Positions 1-8,434 of a stretch of DNA of 64,000 bases are shown here, piece by piece. A program made the translations under genes and the position numbers. The notes beneath the pieces were generated by a model that did not search any database, was not told the origin of the DNA, and saw nothing but the letters and a program-made list of their open reading frames with translations. Source of the stretch: an uncultured Terracidiphilus sp. Lineage in GTDB: Bacteria > Acidobacteriota > Terriglobia > Terriglobales > Acidobacteriaceae. Numbering within the stretch: position 1 is the stretch's first letter; each line of letters begins with the position of its first letter. Location of the stretch: positions 42,641 to 106,640 of the forward strand of contig CAYTJN010000001.1 of the NCBI GenBank assembly GCA_964438125.1, written 5' to 3'.

Positions 1-2675
1 AGTCGGTGACTATCAACGATTCGATGGCGGGCACAACAATCTACTACACAACCAACGGGACCACGCCCACCGTTTCTTCGACACCGTACACAGGTGCAAT
101 CTCGGTAAGTGCAACTGAGACGATCGAAGCTATCGCGGTGAAGACGGGCTACACGAACAGCCCGGCCGCGGCGGCAGCTTATATCATCGCTCCAGCGCTG
201 CCACTGCCTGTGTTCTCGCCCGCGCCCGGCACCTATACTGGACCCCTAGCGGTGACGATCACTGAAGCCACCGGAGGTGCAATGATTTACTACACCACGG
301 ACGGCTCCATTCCCACCACCTCTTCGACGCCGTATACCGGCGCGATCTGGCAGTGTGAGACGCAGACGCTGAAGGCCATAGCAGTCGAAACAAACTACAC
401 TACCAGCGCCGTAGCGATAGCGGCTTACACCATTGCCCCGGTGCTGCCCTCACCAACGTTCAGCCTGGCCGGCGGTCCCGCAGCTTATCCCACTCCACAG
501 ACGGTGACAATCAGCGACTCATCGGCTGGTGCCACCATCTACTACACCACCAACGGCACCACGCCAACGGCAGCTTCGACGAAGTACACCGGCGCGATTA
601 CCGTCAGCACGACAGAGACAATCGAAGCCATCGCGATTGAGACGAACTGTACCGATAGCGCTGTCAGTTCGGTGTTGTACACCATCGCTAATTCGACACT
701 GCCAGCGCCGTCGTTCTCGCCAGCGGCCGGTACGTATTCGGGCTCTCAGTCAGTGACTATCAGTGACTCGATCGCCGGCACGAACATCTACTACACCACG
801 AATGGAACGACGCCCACCACATCGTCAACAAAGTACAATGGCGCGATTACGGTGAGCGCAATCGAAACTTTGGAAGCTATTGCTGTCGAGACAGGCCAAA
901 CCAATAGCCCTGTCGCTACGGCTGCTTACGTGATCAATACAGGTATTCCGGCCCCGACTTTCTCGGTTGCAGCCGGCACTTACACCTCGTCGCAAACAGT
1001 GACCATCAGCGATGCGACGGCGGGCACGACCATCTACTACACCACGAACGGAACGACGCCTAGCACATCGTCAACAAAGTACAGTAGTGCGATTACGGTG
1101 AGCGCAACCGAAACTCTGGAAGCTATTGCCGTCGAGACAGGTCAAACCAATAGCCCGGTCGCTACGGCTGCTTACGTCATCAACCCAGGTCTTCCGGCTC
1201 CGACGTTCTCGGTTGCGGCAGGTACTTACACCTCGTCGCAAACGGTGAGCATCAGCGATGCGACTGCGGGCACGACGATCTACTACACCACGAACGGCTC
1301 CGCGCCTACAACCTCATCTTCGGTTTACGGTGGCGCGATTACGGTGAGCTCAACGGAGACCTTGGAAGCAATCGCGGCAGAAGCGGGTTATACCAACAGT
1401 GCGGTGACTTCAGCGCTGTATACAATCAGCTCTTCAACTCTTCCGGCGCCTTCATTCTCGCCCGCGGCGGGCTTGTACACATCTCCGCAAGGGGTCAAGA
1501 TCACTGACGCGAGCGCCGGGGCCACTATCTACTACACAACCAATGGCACCACGCCCACAACCTCGTCGACTGTCTACACGGGCACAATATGGCAAAGCTC
1601 CACTCAGACGCTAGAGGCCATCGCAGTTCAGACGGGCTACGCCAACAGCGCTGTAACGACGGCTGCTTACACCATCGCTCCGGTGTTACCGACACCGACG
1701 TTCAGTCTCGCAGGCGGCCAGACCCCTTATGCCACGGCGCAATCCGTGACCATCAGCGACCAAGCCGGGGCCACCATCTACTACACCACCAACGGCACCA
1801 CGCCCACAGCCTCGTCAACCAAGTACAGCGGCGCAATCACTGTGAGCGCGACCGAAACAATTGAAGCCATCGCTATCGAGACCGGCTATACCAACAGCGC
1901 CGTGGCTTCGGTCCTGTACACCATCGCCCCTCCGACAGTGGCGGCACCTACATTCTCACCCGCGCCTGGTTTTTACACGTCCCCGCAAGGAGTTCAGATC
2001 GCCGATACGACTGGCGGGGCCACCATTTACTACACCACCGATGGAACCACGCCCACAACTTCATCCATCCAATACCGGGGCGCGATCTGGCAAAGTCAGT
2101 CACAGACGCTTCGGGCTATCGCAGTCGAGACAGGTTACGCAACCAGTCCAGTAACGACAGCGGCTTACACCATCGCCCCGGTGCTGCCTACGCCTACGTT
2201 TAGCCTTGCAGGCGGTCAGACACCTTATACCACGCCCCAAATCGTGACTATCAGCGACCAAGCGGGGGCGACCATCTACTACACCACCAACGGTACCACG
2301 CCCACAACCGCATCGGCCGTGTACAGCGGCGCTATTACGGTAAGTTCCACGGAGACGATCGAGGCTATTGCCGTCGAGACCGGCTTTACTAACAGTGCCG
2401 TAGGTTCGGTGTTGTACACCATTGCTACTTCAACCCTTCCGGCCCCTATGTTTTCACCAGGGGCCGGCACGTACACTACCTCGCAGTCGGTTTCAATTGC
2501 AGACGCGACGGCTGGCGCAACCATTTATTACACGACGAACGGGGCTATGCCCACCACCTCGTCCTCCGTCTACAGCGGCGCGATCTCGGTGAGCGCGACA
2601 GAGACGGTTGAAGCCATCGCCGTGGAGACGGGCTACATCACCAGCCCGCCCTCCACGGGGGCATACACCATCACG
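1..2675 (+). repeat. in-frame tandem coding repeats, period about 240 bp (about 80 aa), 11 units
   Basis: The IYYTT motif recurs 11 times. Units near 720-1430 are nearly identical at the DNA level (for example 808-935 vs 1046-1175, and 951-1060 vs 1189-1300). Confidence 0.85.
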
Positions 2676-3236
2676 GGCAGCGGAAGCTCCAATGTCGTTG
2701 AAGACTTTACGATCAGTTCCTCGGGGACCTCGGCGGTCGTCTCGCCGGGAGGCTCTGTGTCATACGCGCTTACTGTTACGCCACTCTCTCCCGCGATAAC
2801 GTTCCCAACCGCGATCAACCTGTCGGCCAATGGATTACCGCAAGGCGCCACGTACAGCTTTTCGCCAGCCGCGGTAGCGGAGGGCGCGGGCGCAACTGCA
2901 GTCGCCTTGACTGTCCAATTACCTCGGGCCGCCTCGGCACAACAACCGGCGGGTGGCATTGGGAGCCAGTTTAGCCCCAAAATTGCCCCACTAGCGCTTG
3001 GGTTGCTGCTGCTACCTTTTGCGGGCAGGCTTCGTCGCTCCGGAAAGAGAATGGGACGTGCTATGCCAGTGGTGCTCTTGCTTGTCGCTGTCGCTTTTGC
3101 CGTCATCGGTCTCGGTGGGTGTGGATCCACTAACGCATTGATCAGACCAGCCCAACAAAGTTACGCGGTGACCGTGATTGGGACCTCGGGCTCATTATCA
3201 AAATCCACAATTGTGACGCTGATTGTTACCCAATGA
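1..3236 (+). CDS. giant secreted/cell-surface repeat protein, 5' end cut by the window edge; 11 CHB_HEX_C-like (chitobiase/hexosaminidase C-terminal, Fn3-associated) modules plus a C-terminal Ig-like domain
   Basis: The frame is open to base 1. The codon before the GTG at 6 reads Ser and continues the repeat consensus QSVTISD. There are eleven copies of G(A/T)TIYYTT(N/D)GTTPTxSSxxYxGAIxVSxTETIEAIAVETGYTNS. The tail has Ig-like strands (SYALTVTP..., YAVTVIGTSGSLSKSTIVTLIVTQ). Confidence 0.75.
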   Translation, partial: SVTINDSMAGTTIYYTTNGTTPTVSSTPYTGAISVSATETIEAIAVKTGYTNSPAAAAAYIIAPALPLPVFSPAPGTYTGPLAVTITEATGGAMIYYTTDGSIPTTSSTPYTGAIWQCETQTLKAIAVETNYTTSAVAIAAYTIAPVLPSPTFSLAGGPAAYPTPQTVTISDSSAGATIYYTTNGTTPTAASTKYTGAITVSTTETIEAIAIETNCTDSAVSSVLYTIANSTLPAPSFSPAAGTYSGSQSVTISDSIAGTNIYYTTNGTTPTTSSTKYNGAITVSAIETLEAIAVETGQTNSPVATAAYVINTGIPAPTFSVAAGTYTSSQTVTISDATAGTTIYYTTNGTTPSTSSTKYSSAITVSATETLEAIAVETGQTNSPVATAAYVINPGLPAPTFSVAAGTYTSSQTVSISDATAGTTIYYTTNGSAPTTSSSVYGGAITVSSTETLEAIAAEAGYTNSAVTSALYTISSSTLPAPSFSPAAGLYTSPQGVKITDASAGATIYYTTNGTTPTTSSTVYTGTIWQSSTQTLEAIAVQTGYANSAVTTAAYTIAPVLPTPTFSLAGGQTPYATAQSVTISDQAGATIYYTTNGTTPTASSTKYSGAITVSATETIEAIAIETGYTNSAVASVLYTIAPPTVAAPTFSPAPGFYTSPQGVQIADTTGGATIYYTTDGTTPTTSSIQYRGAIWQSQSQTLRAIAVETGYATSPVTTAAYTIAPVLPTPTFSLAGGQTPYTTPQIVTISDQAGATIYYTTNGTTPTTASAVYSGAITVSSTETIEAIAVETGFTNSAVGSVLYTIATSTLPAPMFSPGAGTYTTSQSVSIADATAGATIYYTTNGAMPTTSSSVYSGAISVSATETVEAIAVETGYITSPPSTGAYTITGSGSSNVVEDFTISSSGTSAVVSPGGSVSYALTVTPLSPAITFPTAINLSANGLPQGATYSFSPAAVAEGAGATAVALTVQLPRAASAQQPAGGIGSQFSPKIAPLALGLLLLPFAGRLRRSGKRMGRAMPVVLLLVAVAFAVIGLGGCGSTNALIRPAQQSYAVTVIGTSGSLSKSTIVTLIVTQ

Positions 3237-3497
3237 GGTTACCCGACAAGATTAGCCACATGAGTGGGTAGCAAAAACCTCGTTTTGAATCCAGCGATAT
3301 ATGGAACATCGACATATCGCTAAGTGAGGTGTGTCTACCGCCAGCCGGCAACAATTAGGATTTGATCGGAAAGGCCAAGAGAAGAATCGCAGCTACTTCC
3401 CACTTCATTAGCTTCAAGCTAAACGCTGTTTCGCCTTAAGCATCAGAGATTTAAGAATGGTGCGACGATCTGAAGCGGTTAGCCTCTCGGGTAAAGT

Positions 3498-4586
3498 TCA
3501 TCTGCGAGATATGTTTTTAGAGTGCAATGAATCTAGGTAAGGATTAATCGCCGACGCTATCCAAGGCGATATCTTGTCGATGCCGTACCGGTTGAAATGA
3601 CCACCGTCTGCATAGAATTCCGCATTATTGCTGAATTGTTGAGCGTCAAGCAACGGTCCGAGCCTCTCATATGCGGCGTGGTCGTACTGCCCCGGCCTGC
3701 TCGAATAGAAGGGCAGATGCACAAAGACCACAAGCGCCCCACTTTGTTTCGCCAAAGCGGAGATGCGTGCCGTGTAATCCGGCTCCAGGGGCTCATTCAG
3801 CGCGTACCATGCGGATGGCTGAACCCAATACCCATCCGCGTTGCCGAGACCAGCCTTCAATTCTGCGGCTTCTCGTGTTAGCTTCTGTTGAGGAGCGACT
3901 AAGCTACGGTCAATCAGCCTTCCACCCGGAATTCGAAAACTCCTGGTGCTATCGAAGTCCGTCCCGAGATAGTCCTTGCGAAATGCACTGCTCTTTCCGA
4001 ACCAGGCGGGAGCGATGCTTTGCACAAAGTAACTCATCTGCCGGTAAGGAAGGAATGCTGCATCCTCGGCGAAGTAGTGATTGATCACGAGTGGTGCACC
4101 TAGTATGTCTTTGGCATCCGCAATATAACGAAAAGCCGGATGACTGATATCCGCTCGTTCTACGACGGAGATCAAAATTAGCTTAGTTTCAGGATGGCAA
4201 GCCAATAACTCCTTGGCAACAATGTAATGCAGATTCCGTCCCTCGTAGGGTACGGCCAGATTGGCCACATGAATCGGACGCCCCAGTTTTGTGCTGAGAG
4301 CTGCCGCGAGGTCGGGTCCGCTCAGCGCAGCTTCAACACGGGAACTGCCGATAATTGCCACGTCAATTGGAGTTGGGTCGTTATGAATTCGCTCGTAATC
4401 CCAACGCAGCTTGAAGAGATCCGAATAGTCAAATTGTTGATATCGAATATAGCGATTGTGCGGCAGCAGAATAGATAAGAAGCAAAGGGCCGCAAAACTG
4501 CTTAATAGCACGCCCATCAGTCTCCATGCTCGACTCGTCTCAATCACAGCTTCTTCAGAAACAATATTCTCCATCTTCATTGTCAT
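3498..4586 (-). CDS. DltD/AlgJ-like SGNH-type membrane-anchored protein (putative extracytoplasmic O-acyltransferase partner of the MBOAT)
   Basis: It has an N-terminal TM helix (LMGVLLSSFAALCFLSILL), a block-I-like VAIIGSSRV and a C-terminal DGGHFN (DxxH-like). It lies 9 nt downstream of the MBOAT gene on the same strand. Confidence 0.5.
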   Translation of the reverse strand: MTMKMENIVSEEAVIETSRAWRLMGVLLSSFAALCFLSILLPHNRYIRYQQFDYSDLFKLRWDYERIHNDPTPIDVAIIGSSRVEAALSGPDLAAALSTKLGRPIHVANLAVPYEGRNLHYIVAKELLACHPETKLILISVVERADISHPAFRYIADAKDILGAPLVINHYFAEDAAFLPYRQMSYFVQSIAPAWFGKSSAFRKDYLGTDFDSTRSFRIPGGRLIDRSLVAPQQKLTREAAELKAGLGNADGYWVQPSAWYALNEPLEPDYTARISALAKQSGALVVFVHLPFYSSRPGQYDHAAYERLGPLLDAQQFSNNAEFYADGGHFNRYGIDKISPWIASAINPYLDSLHSKNISRR

Positions 4587-4595
4587 CGATCTCCG

Positions 4596-6146
4596 TTAGA
4601 ACTTGAAGTATATGAAGGATGTCGAACCACGTGACAGGAACGCGAACCCGAAGAACAGCACGACGCTCACTGCACCTACCCACACATAATTGAAGTTGAA
4701 CATGAAGCTGAATCGCGCCGGATCAACCTGGCGCCACTTATCCCACTCCAGAGCGGGCCGCACGCGATCCATGATCTGCTCTGTGTTAGGAAACAAGTAA
4801 ACGATGCAGAGCCCGACGGCAATAATGGGAATCATCATCGCATTTCCGCCGGAAGCCAAACTGGCAGACCGGTCGGACGAAATGCCAAGGCCATACAAGC
4901 CGGCCATGCCGGCAAAGATCCGCCACGCTGCGCTCATGCTGTCGGCACGGAATGGAACCTCTGCACTCACAAATGCAAGAAGAGTGAGCAATCCGAAGAC
5001 GAAAAGCGCGGGGCGAGTATCCTTCTTCCCGCGTCGCCTCTTTTTGGTGATCGCGTTATAAACTTCATTAATGCACATGAATGTGCCGTGCATGATGCCG
5101 AAAGCTACATAGGTCCAGCTTGGTCCATGCCACGTCCCAATGATCAGCATCGAAAGAAATGTCGGTAACAGCGCGGACACTGCGAGAGATGTCCATCGTC
5201 CATAACCTCGATCGGCGGACAAGCGCGTTAGCGGGATCGTCAACGGTTGGAAGATATACATGCGTACGAATCTGCTGAGCGTCATGTGCCACCGGCGCCA
5301 TAGCTCAGAGATGCTTGTGGACCTGAGGGGAGAAAAGAAGTTAAGTGGCAGCACAATCCCGAGCATCCGAGCGACTCCGATTGCCATGTCGGAGTAGCCT
5401 GAGAAGTCGAAATAGATCTGCAATGTGTAGGTGAAGGCCGCTCCCCAGGAGAGAAAAAAGCCGGGGTGAGCACCGCCTTGGGCGGCATTGAAGACTGGAT
5501 CGGCCCAGAGAGCGGCTGTATCGGCAAATACGGTTTTCTTAAAGAGTCCGAATGAGAAGATCACCAGGCCGATGAGCAGGTTTTGCGCGATGGACCGCCG
5601 GTCTGGACGCACGGCGAGTTGTGGCGCAACCTCCTGGTTAAGAGTGATGGGCCCGGAAAGGAGGGTGGGAAAGAAAGCTACAAACGCCATGTATTTCATC
5701 AGCCCGTCCGGAATTGCCCGGCCGCGCGCCACGTCCACCAGAAAGCCGATCTGCTGAAACGTATAAAAGGAAATCGCCAAGGGAGCCACAATATTAACAA
5801 AAGGACTGGTGGCTCCAAATACTCCGTACGCCGCGCCCGAAACAGCACTGAAGTACTTCAGATAAAGAAGAGTTCCGGCATTCGCAGTGACACCCAGAAT
5901 CAACCATATCTGTTTCGTCCGATGGTGATCCGTCCGGACAATCAACACGGCCAGAAGATAGTTGACAATAATGGACACGAGCAGAAGCGGAACATAACGC
6001 GGTTGAGCATGGGCATAAAACAACAGGGTCATCAAGACGAGAAATGGCAGACGCAGCGAATGGAGCCGCGTCAAAGATAGACAGTAATACACAATGAGAA
6101 CAAACGGCAGAAAGGCAAATAGAAAGACGAGGGAATTAAAACTCAT
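4596..6146 (-). CDS. MBOAT family membrane O-acyltransferase (DltB/AlgI-like)
   Basis: The 516-aa protein is polytopic. It carries the motifs FYTFQQIGFLVDV, YFDFSGYSDMAIG and the invariant-His region WRRWHMTLSRF. Confidence 0.85.
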   Translation of the reverse strand: MSFNSLVFLFAFLPFVLIVYYCLSLTRLHSLRLPFLVLMTLLFYAHAQPRYVPLLLVSIIVNYLLAVLIVRTDHHRTKQIWLILGVTANAGTLLYLKYFSAVSGAAYGVFGATSPFVNIVAPLAISFYTFQQIGFLVDVARGRAIPDGLMKYMAFVAFFPTLLSGPITLNQEVAPQLAVRPDRRSIAQNLLIGLVIFSFGLFKKTVFADTAALWADPVFNAAQGGAHPGFFLSWGAAFTYTLQIYFDFSGYSDMAIGVARMLGIVLPLNFFSPLRSTSISELWRRWHMTLSRFVRMYIFQPLTIPLTRLSADRGYGRWTSLAVSALLPTFLSMLIIGTWHGPSWTYVAFGIMHGTFMCINEVYNAITKKRRRGKKDTRPALFVFGLLTLLAFVSAEVPFRADSMSAAWRIFAGMAGLYGLGISSDRSASLASGGNAMMIPIIAVGLCIVYLFPNTEQIMDRVRPALEWDKWRQVDPARFSFMFNFNYVWVGAVSVVLFFGFAFLSRGSTSFIYFKF

Positions 6147-6193
6147 CCGTGGCTTCCTCCGGAGTTTAGATTGCTTTGAGTTAGTTAGTCAGG

Positions 6194-8122
6194 CTACACC
6201 GACTGGGGCTGTCGGGTACTTTCAACGAGAGTACCGAATACGACCACGCTTATGGGAAGTTCGGGTGGCTGGTATCCAACAAGATCAAGCGACCATTCTG
6301 TGCCGTCATCGGGCAAGTCAGAAATCTTTGTAAATCCGAGCTTTGCAAAATGATCGACAACTAGGGAGTTTTTCATGGTTGGCAGGTATACTCCCGTCAA
6401 ACGGAGAGCGCCGGCCCTCAGAGCGGCGGCTGCAACGTGCCCCAGCACGAGTTCTTCGACACGTCTCCCTAATACACGGCAACTCATTAGCCAGGTATCG
6501 CAATGCCACTCGAATTCTGCACAATCGAAGATCACCACAGAGATCATACCGTTGTCTCCGAAGCGATCCGCCAACCGGACCTGAATGCAAAATTTGCTGG
6601 GGTCGGTCTCGAAGCGCGCAATTTCATTTTCTGAATATCGCCGCGTTGTCAGATTAAACTGATTCGACTTGTTGATCAGTTGTGCGATGCGCACGCGGCC
6701 CACCGCGTCGAATGGCGCTATGGTTGCAACCATCTCAAGCGAGGCGAGGTAGTCTTCAAGATTGCCGATCTTCATGAGCGATGCGCGTTCTGCATTGGCA
6801 CCGTAATAATCGGCGCGTTTGAGATCCTCACTCGACAATCCAACGGCCTCAAAGTACCCCGCACGAGAGAGAATTCCTGCATAATCTGCCGGATCTTCAG
6901 TTAATTCAGGCACGGCCACTTCGGGAAGTAATTCGCGCACCAAGCCGCGCTCGACAGGATTATCGTCGAGAAAGACAATGGCGTCGATGCCGATGTTCAA
7001 GGTAGCCGCGATCTCACGAATGTTGTTGGCTTTGTCGTCCCAATTGGCGACGAACACGGCGATATGCTCTTCTCTGAGCAGCATCTCCGGATGTTTACGG
7101 AAGGGGAGGCGTGCGTTTTGCTCGTCATTTTTTGAGCAGACAGCCAGAACGATTCCCCTCTGTCGCAAGTTGAGAGCATAGCGCTGCAAAGCAAGATGAG
7201 CTTCCCCGGTGCTGCTGCCCTGGCCGAGCTGAATTCCATTGAGGCCGTCATCTCCAATCACACCTCCCCAAAGAGTGTTATCGAGATCCATGACCAGGCA
7301 CTTACGCGACTTGCCGCGCGCTGCAGCTAGAACGCGACACAGATGCTCGGCATGGAGCGGCGTGGCATCCATTGCCGCAGGAAGTTTCGCCTTGTGCCAG
7401 TCGCGCGCATCGTTCCACGCGGCAAGCCCGGTGAGGGCCGCAAGAGAGGCGGTATCCAAAATTAGGTCGGTGTCGCCTGCGATCTCGAAAAGCAATCGGT
7501 GATTGAATCGCTCAATCATCGCGCGAGCAGATCCTGGAAACTTTGCATCGTAGTTGCCGAAGAGCGACTCTGAAGGAGGAACAAGAGTTTGCAGCAGGCA
7601 GCATGTTCCGATTGTGTTGCGCACTCCTTCAGCCAAACCAGCAGCGTAACTGACAGCGGCATCCACCGCCGACTCGGCATCCGTTGTTGTGAGGCGTGCT
7701 TCGCTCAAACCGAGCGCACGATGATCCAAAGCAATCAGGATCGCGTCGAGGTGCGCACGGCCAAAGTCGGAGCCACGGTCCAGAAGTTGCTGTGCCGCCT
7801 GGCCGAACTCTGCCATGACAACGTCGAGCACCAGACCGTGGCGCAGGGCCGTCCCCGGTAGGGCCTGGGCGAGATAATCCACGGTATGAGAGGAAACGAT
7901 GCCGAGACGAAAAGGAGTCAAACCGACCTTTTCGGTCAGCCATTCGCGCTTCGCCTTGACTAACTTACGCAGCGCGTCCAATCCGGTGAGGTCCAAATCG
8001 AAGGCCGCCAGACGCTGAATCTCCGCGATGTCGGGAGACTCAGCCCTAAGCAGCGTCGACACACGGGCACGAAAGTTGGCCGGCTGCGGCAGATTCCACG
8101 AGAGTGAAAAGGGGCAATTCAT
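6194..8122 (-). CDS. FkbH-like HAD-superfamily IIIC protein (carrier-protein loading enzyme) with C-terminal GNAT-like fold
   Basis: It has the HAD motif I LVMDLDNTLWGGVIGDDG, then FLDDNP, and a C-terminal NQFNLTTRRY...LMSCRVLGRRVE with a conserved Cys. Its start overlaps the ACP stop by ATGA (8119-8122). Confidence 0.85.
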   Translation of the reverse strand: MNCPFSLSWNLPQPANFRARVSTLLRAESPDIAEIQRLAAFDLDLTGLDALRKLVKAKREWLTEKVGLTPFRLGIVSSHTVDYLAQALPGTALRHGLVLDVVMAEFGQAAQQLLDRGSDFGRAHLDAILIALDHRALGLSEARLTTTDAESAVDAAVSYAAGLAEGVRNTIGTCCLLQTLVPPSESLFGNYDAKFPGSARAMIERFNHRLLFEIAGDTDLILDTASLAALTGLAAWNDARDWHKAKLPAAMDATPLHAEHLCRVLAAARGKSRKCLVMDLDNTLWGGVIGDDGLNGIQLGQGSSTGEAHLALQRYALNLRQRGIVLAVCSKNDEQNARLPFRKHPEMLLREEHIAVFVANWDDKANNIREIAATLNIGIDAIVFLDDNPVERGLVRELLPEVAVPELTEDPADYAGILSRAGYFEAVGLSSEDLKRADYYGANAERASLMKIGNLEDYLASLEMVATIAPFDAVGRVRIAQLINKSNQFNLTTRRYSENEIARFETDPSKFCIQVRLADRFGDNGMISVVIFDCAEFEWHCDTWLMSCRVLGRRVEELVLGHVAAAALRAGALRLTGVYLPTMKNSLVVDHFAKLGFTKISDLPDDGTEWSLDLVGYQPPELPISVVVFGTLVESTRQPQSV

Positions 8123-8364
8123 TGCGTAGCCCTCCTGACAATAATGTCGAGCGCCTCTCCAATGTTCTTTAGTCCATCAATTTCACCGCTCGTGAAGCGG
8201 AACGAAAACTCTTTTTCCACGGCAACCAGAAAGCGAACATGGCTGAGACTGTCCCATCCCTCAACATTATCCGCAGTGAGGCTGTCATCGTACTGTAGGT
8301 CGTCCTCGTCGAATACGTCACGCATGATTTCGATTAATCGCGCAGCAGCTTCATCTCGGGTCAT
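8119..8364 (-). CDS. acyl carrier protein
   Basis: The 81-aa protein is acidic and has a phosphopantetheine-site-like GWDSLSHVRF. Confidence 0.8.
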   Translation of the reverse strand: MTRDEAAARLIEIMRDVFDEDDLQYDDSLTADNVEGWDSLSHVRFLVAVEKEFSFRFTSGEIDGLKNIGEALDIIVRRATQ

Positions 8365-8434
8365 CGTGTGCTTGCTCTCCTATGGACTGAAAGACGTAGG
8401 ATTTCTGTTCAGTGGGATATTGCCTGACTGTACA

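Noticed and set aside
1-2675. Regular 240-bp repeats, considered as a possible CRISPR or satellite array
   Set aside because: The repeats are in frame, have no unique spacers, and encode a conserved protein module. They are coding tandem repeats.
2979-3060. PEP-CTERM sorting signal
   Set aside because: There is no PEP tripeptide, and the segment is not at the C-terminus. I kept it only as an architectural oddity in the findings.
3335-3342. A minus-strand GGCGGTAG, the first 8 nt of the E. coli RfaH ops element
   Set aside because: It lies downstream of the last gene of the locus rather than in a leader, and the last ops positions do not match (ACAC vs nnTG). An 8-mer is expected by chance in a window this size.
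6194-8364. FkbH plus ACP as a methoxymalonyl-ACP extender pathway for the PKS module
   Set aside because: No FkbG/I/J/K-type dehydrogenase or methyltransferase genes are present. The AT carries the malonyl-type HAFH motif. The pair is translationally coupled and tightly packed with an MBOAT and a DltD-like gene instead. A role as a KS starter donor cannot be excluded.
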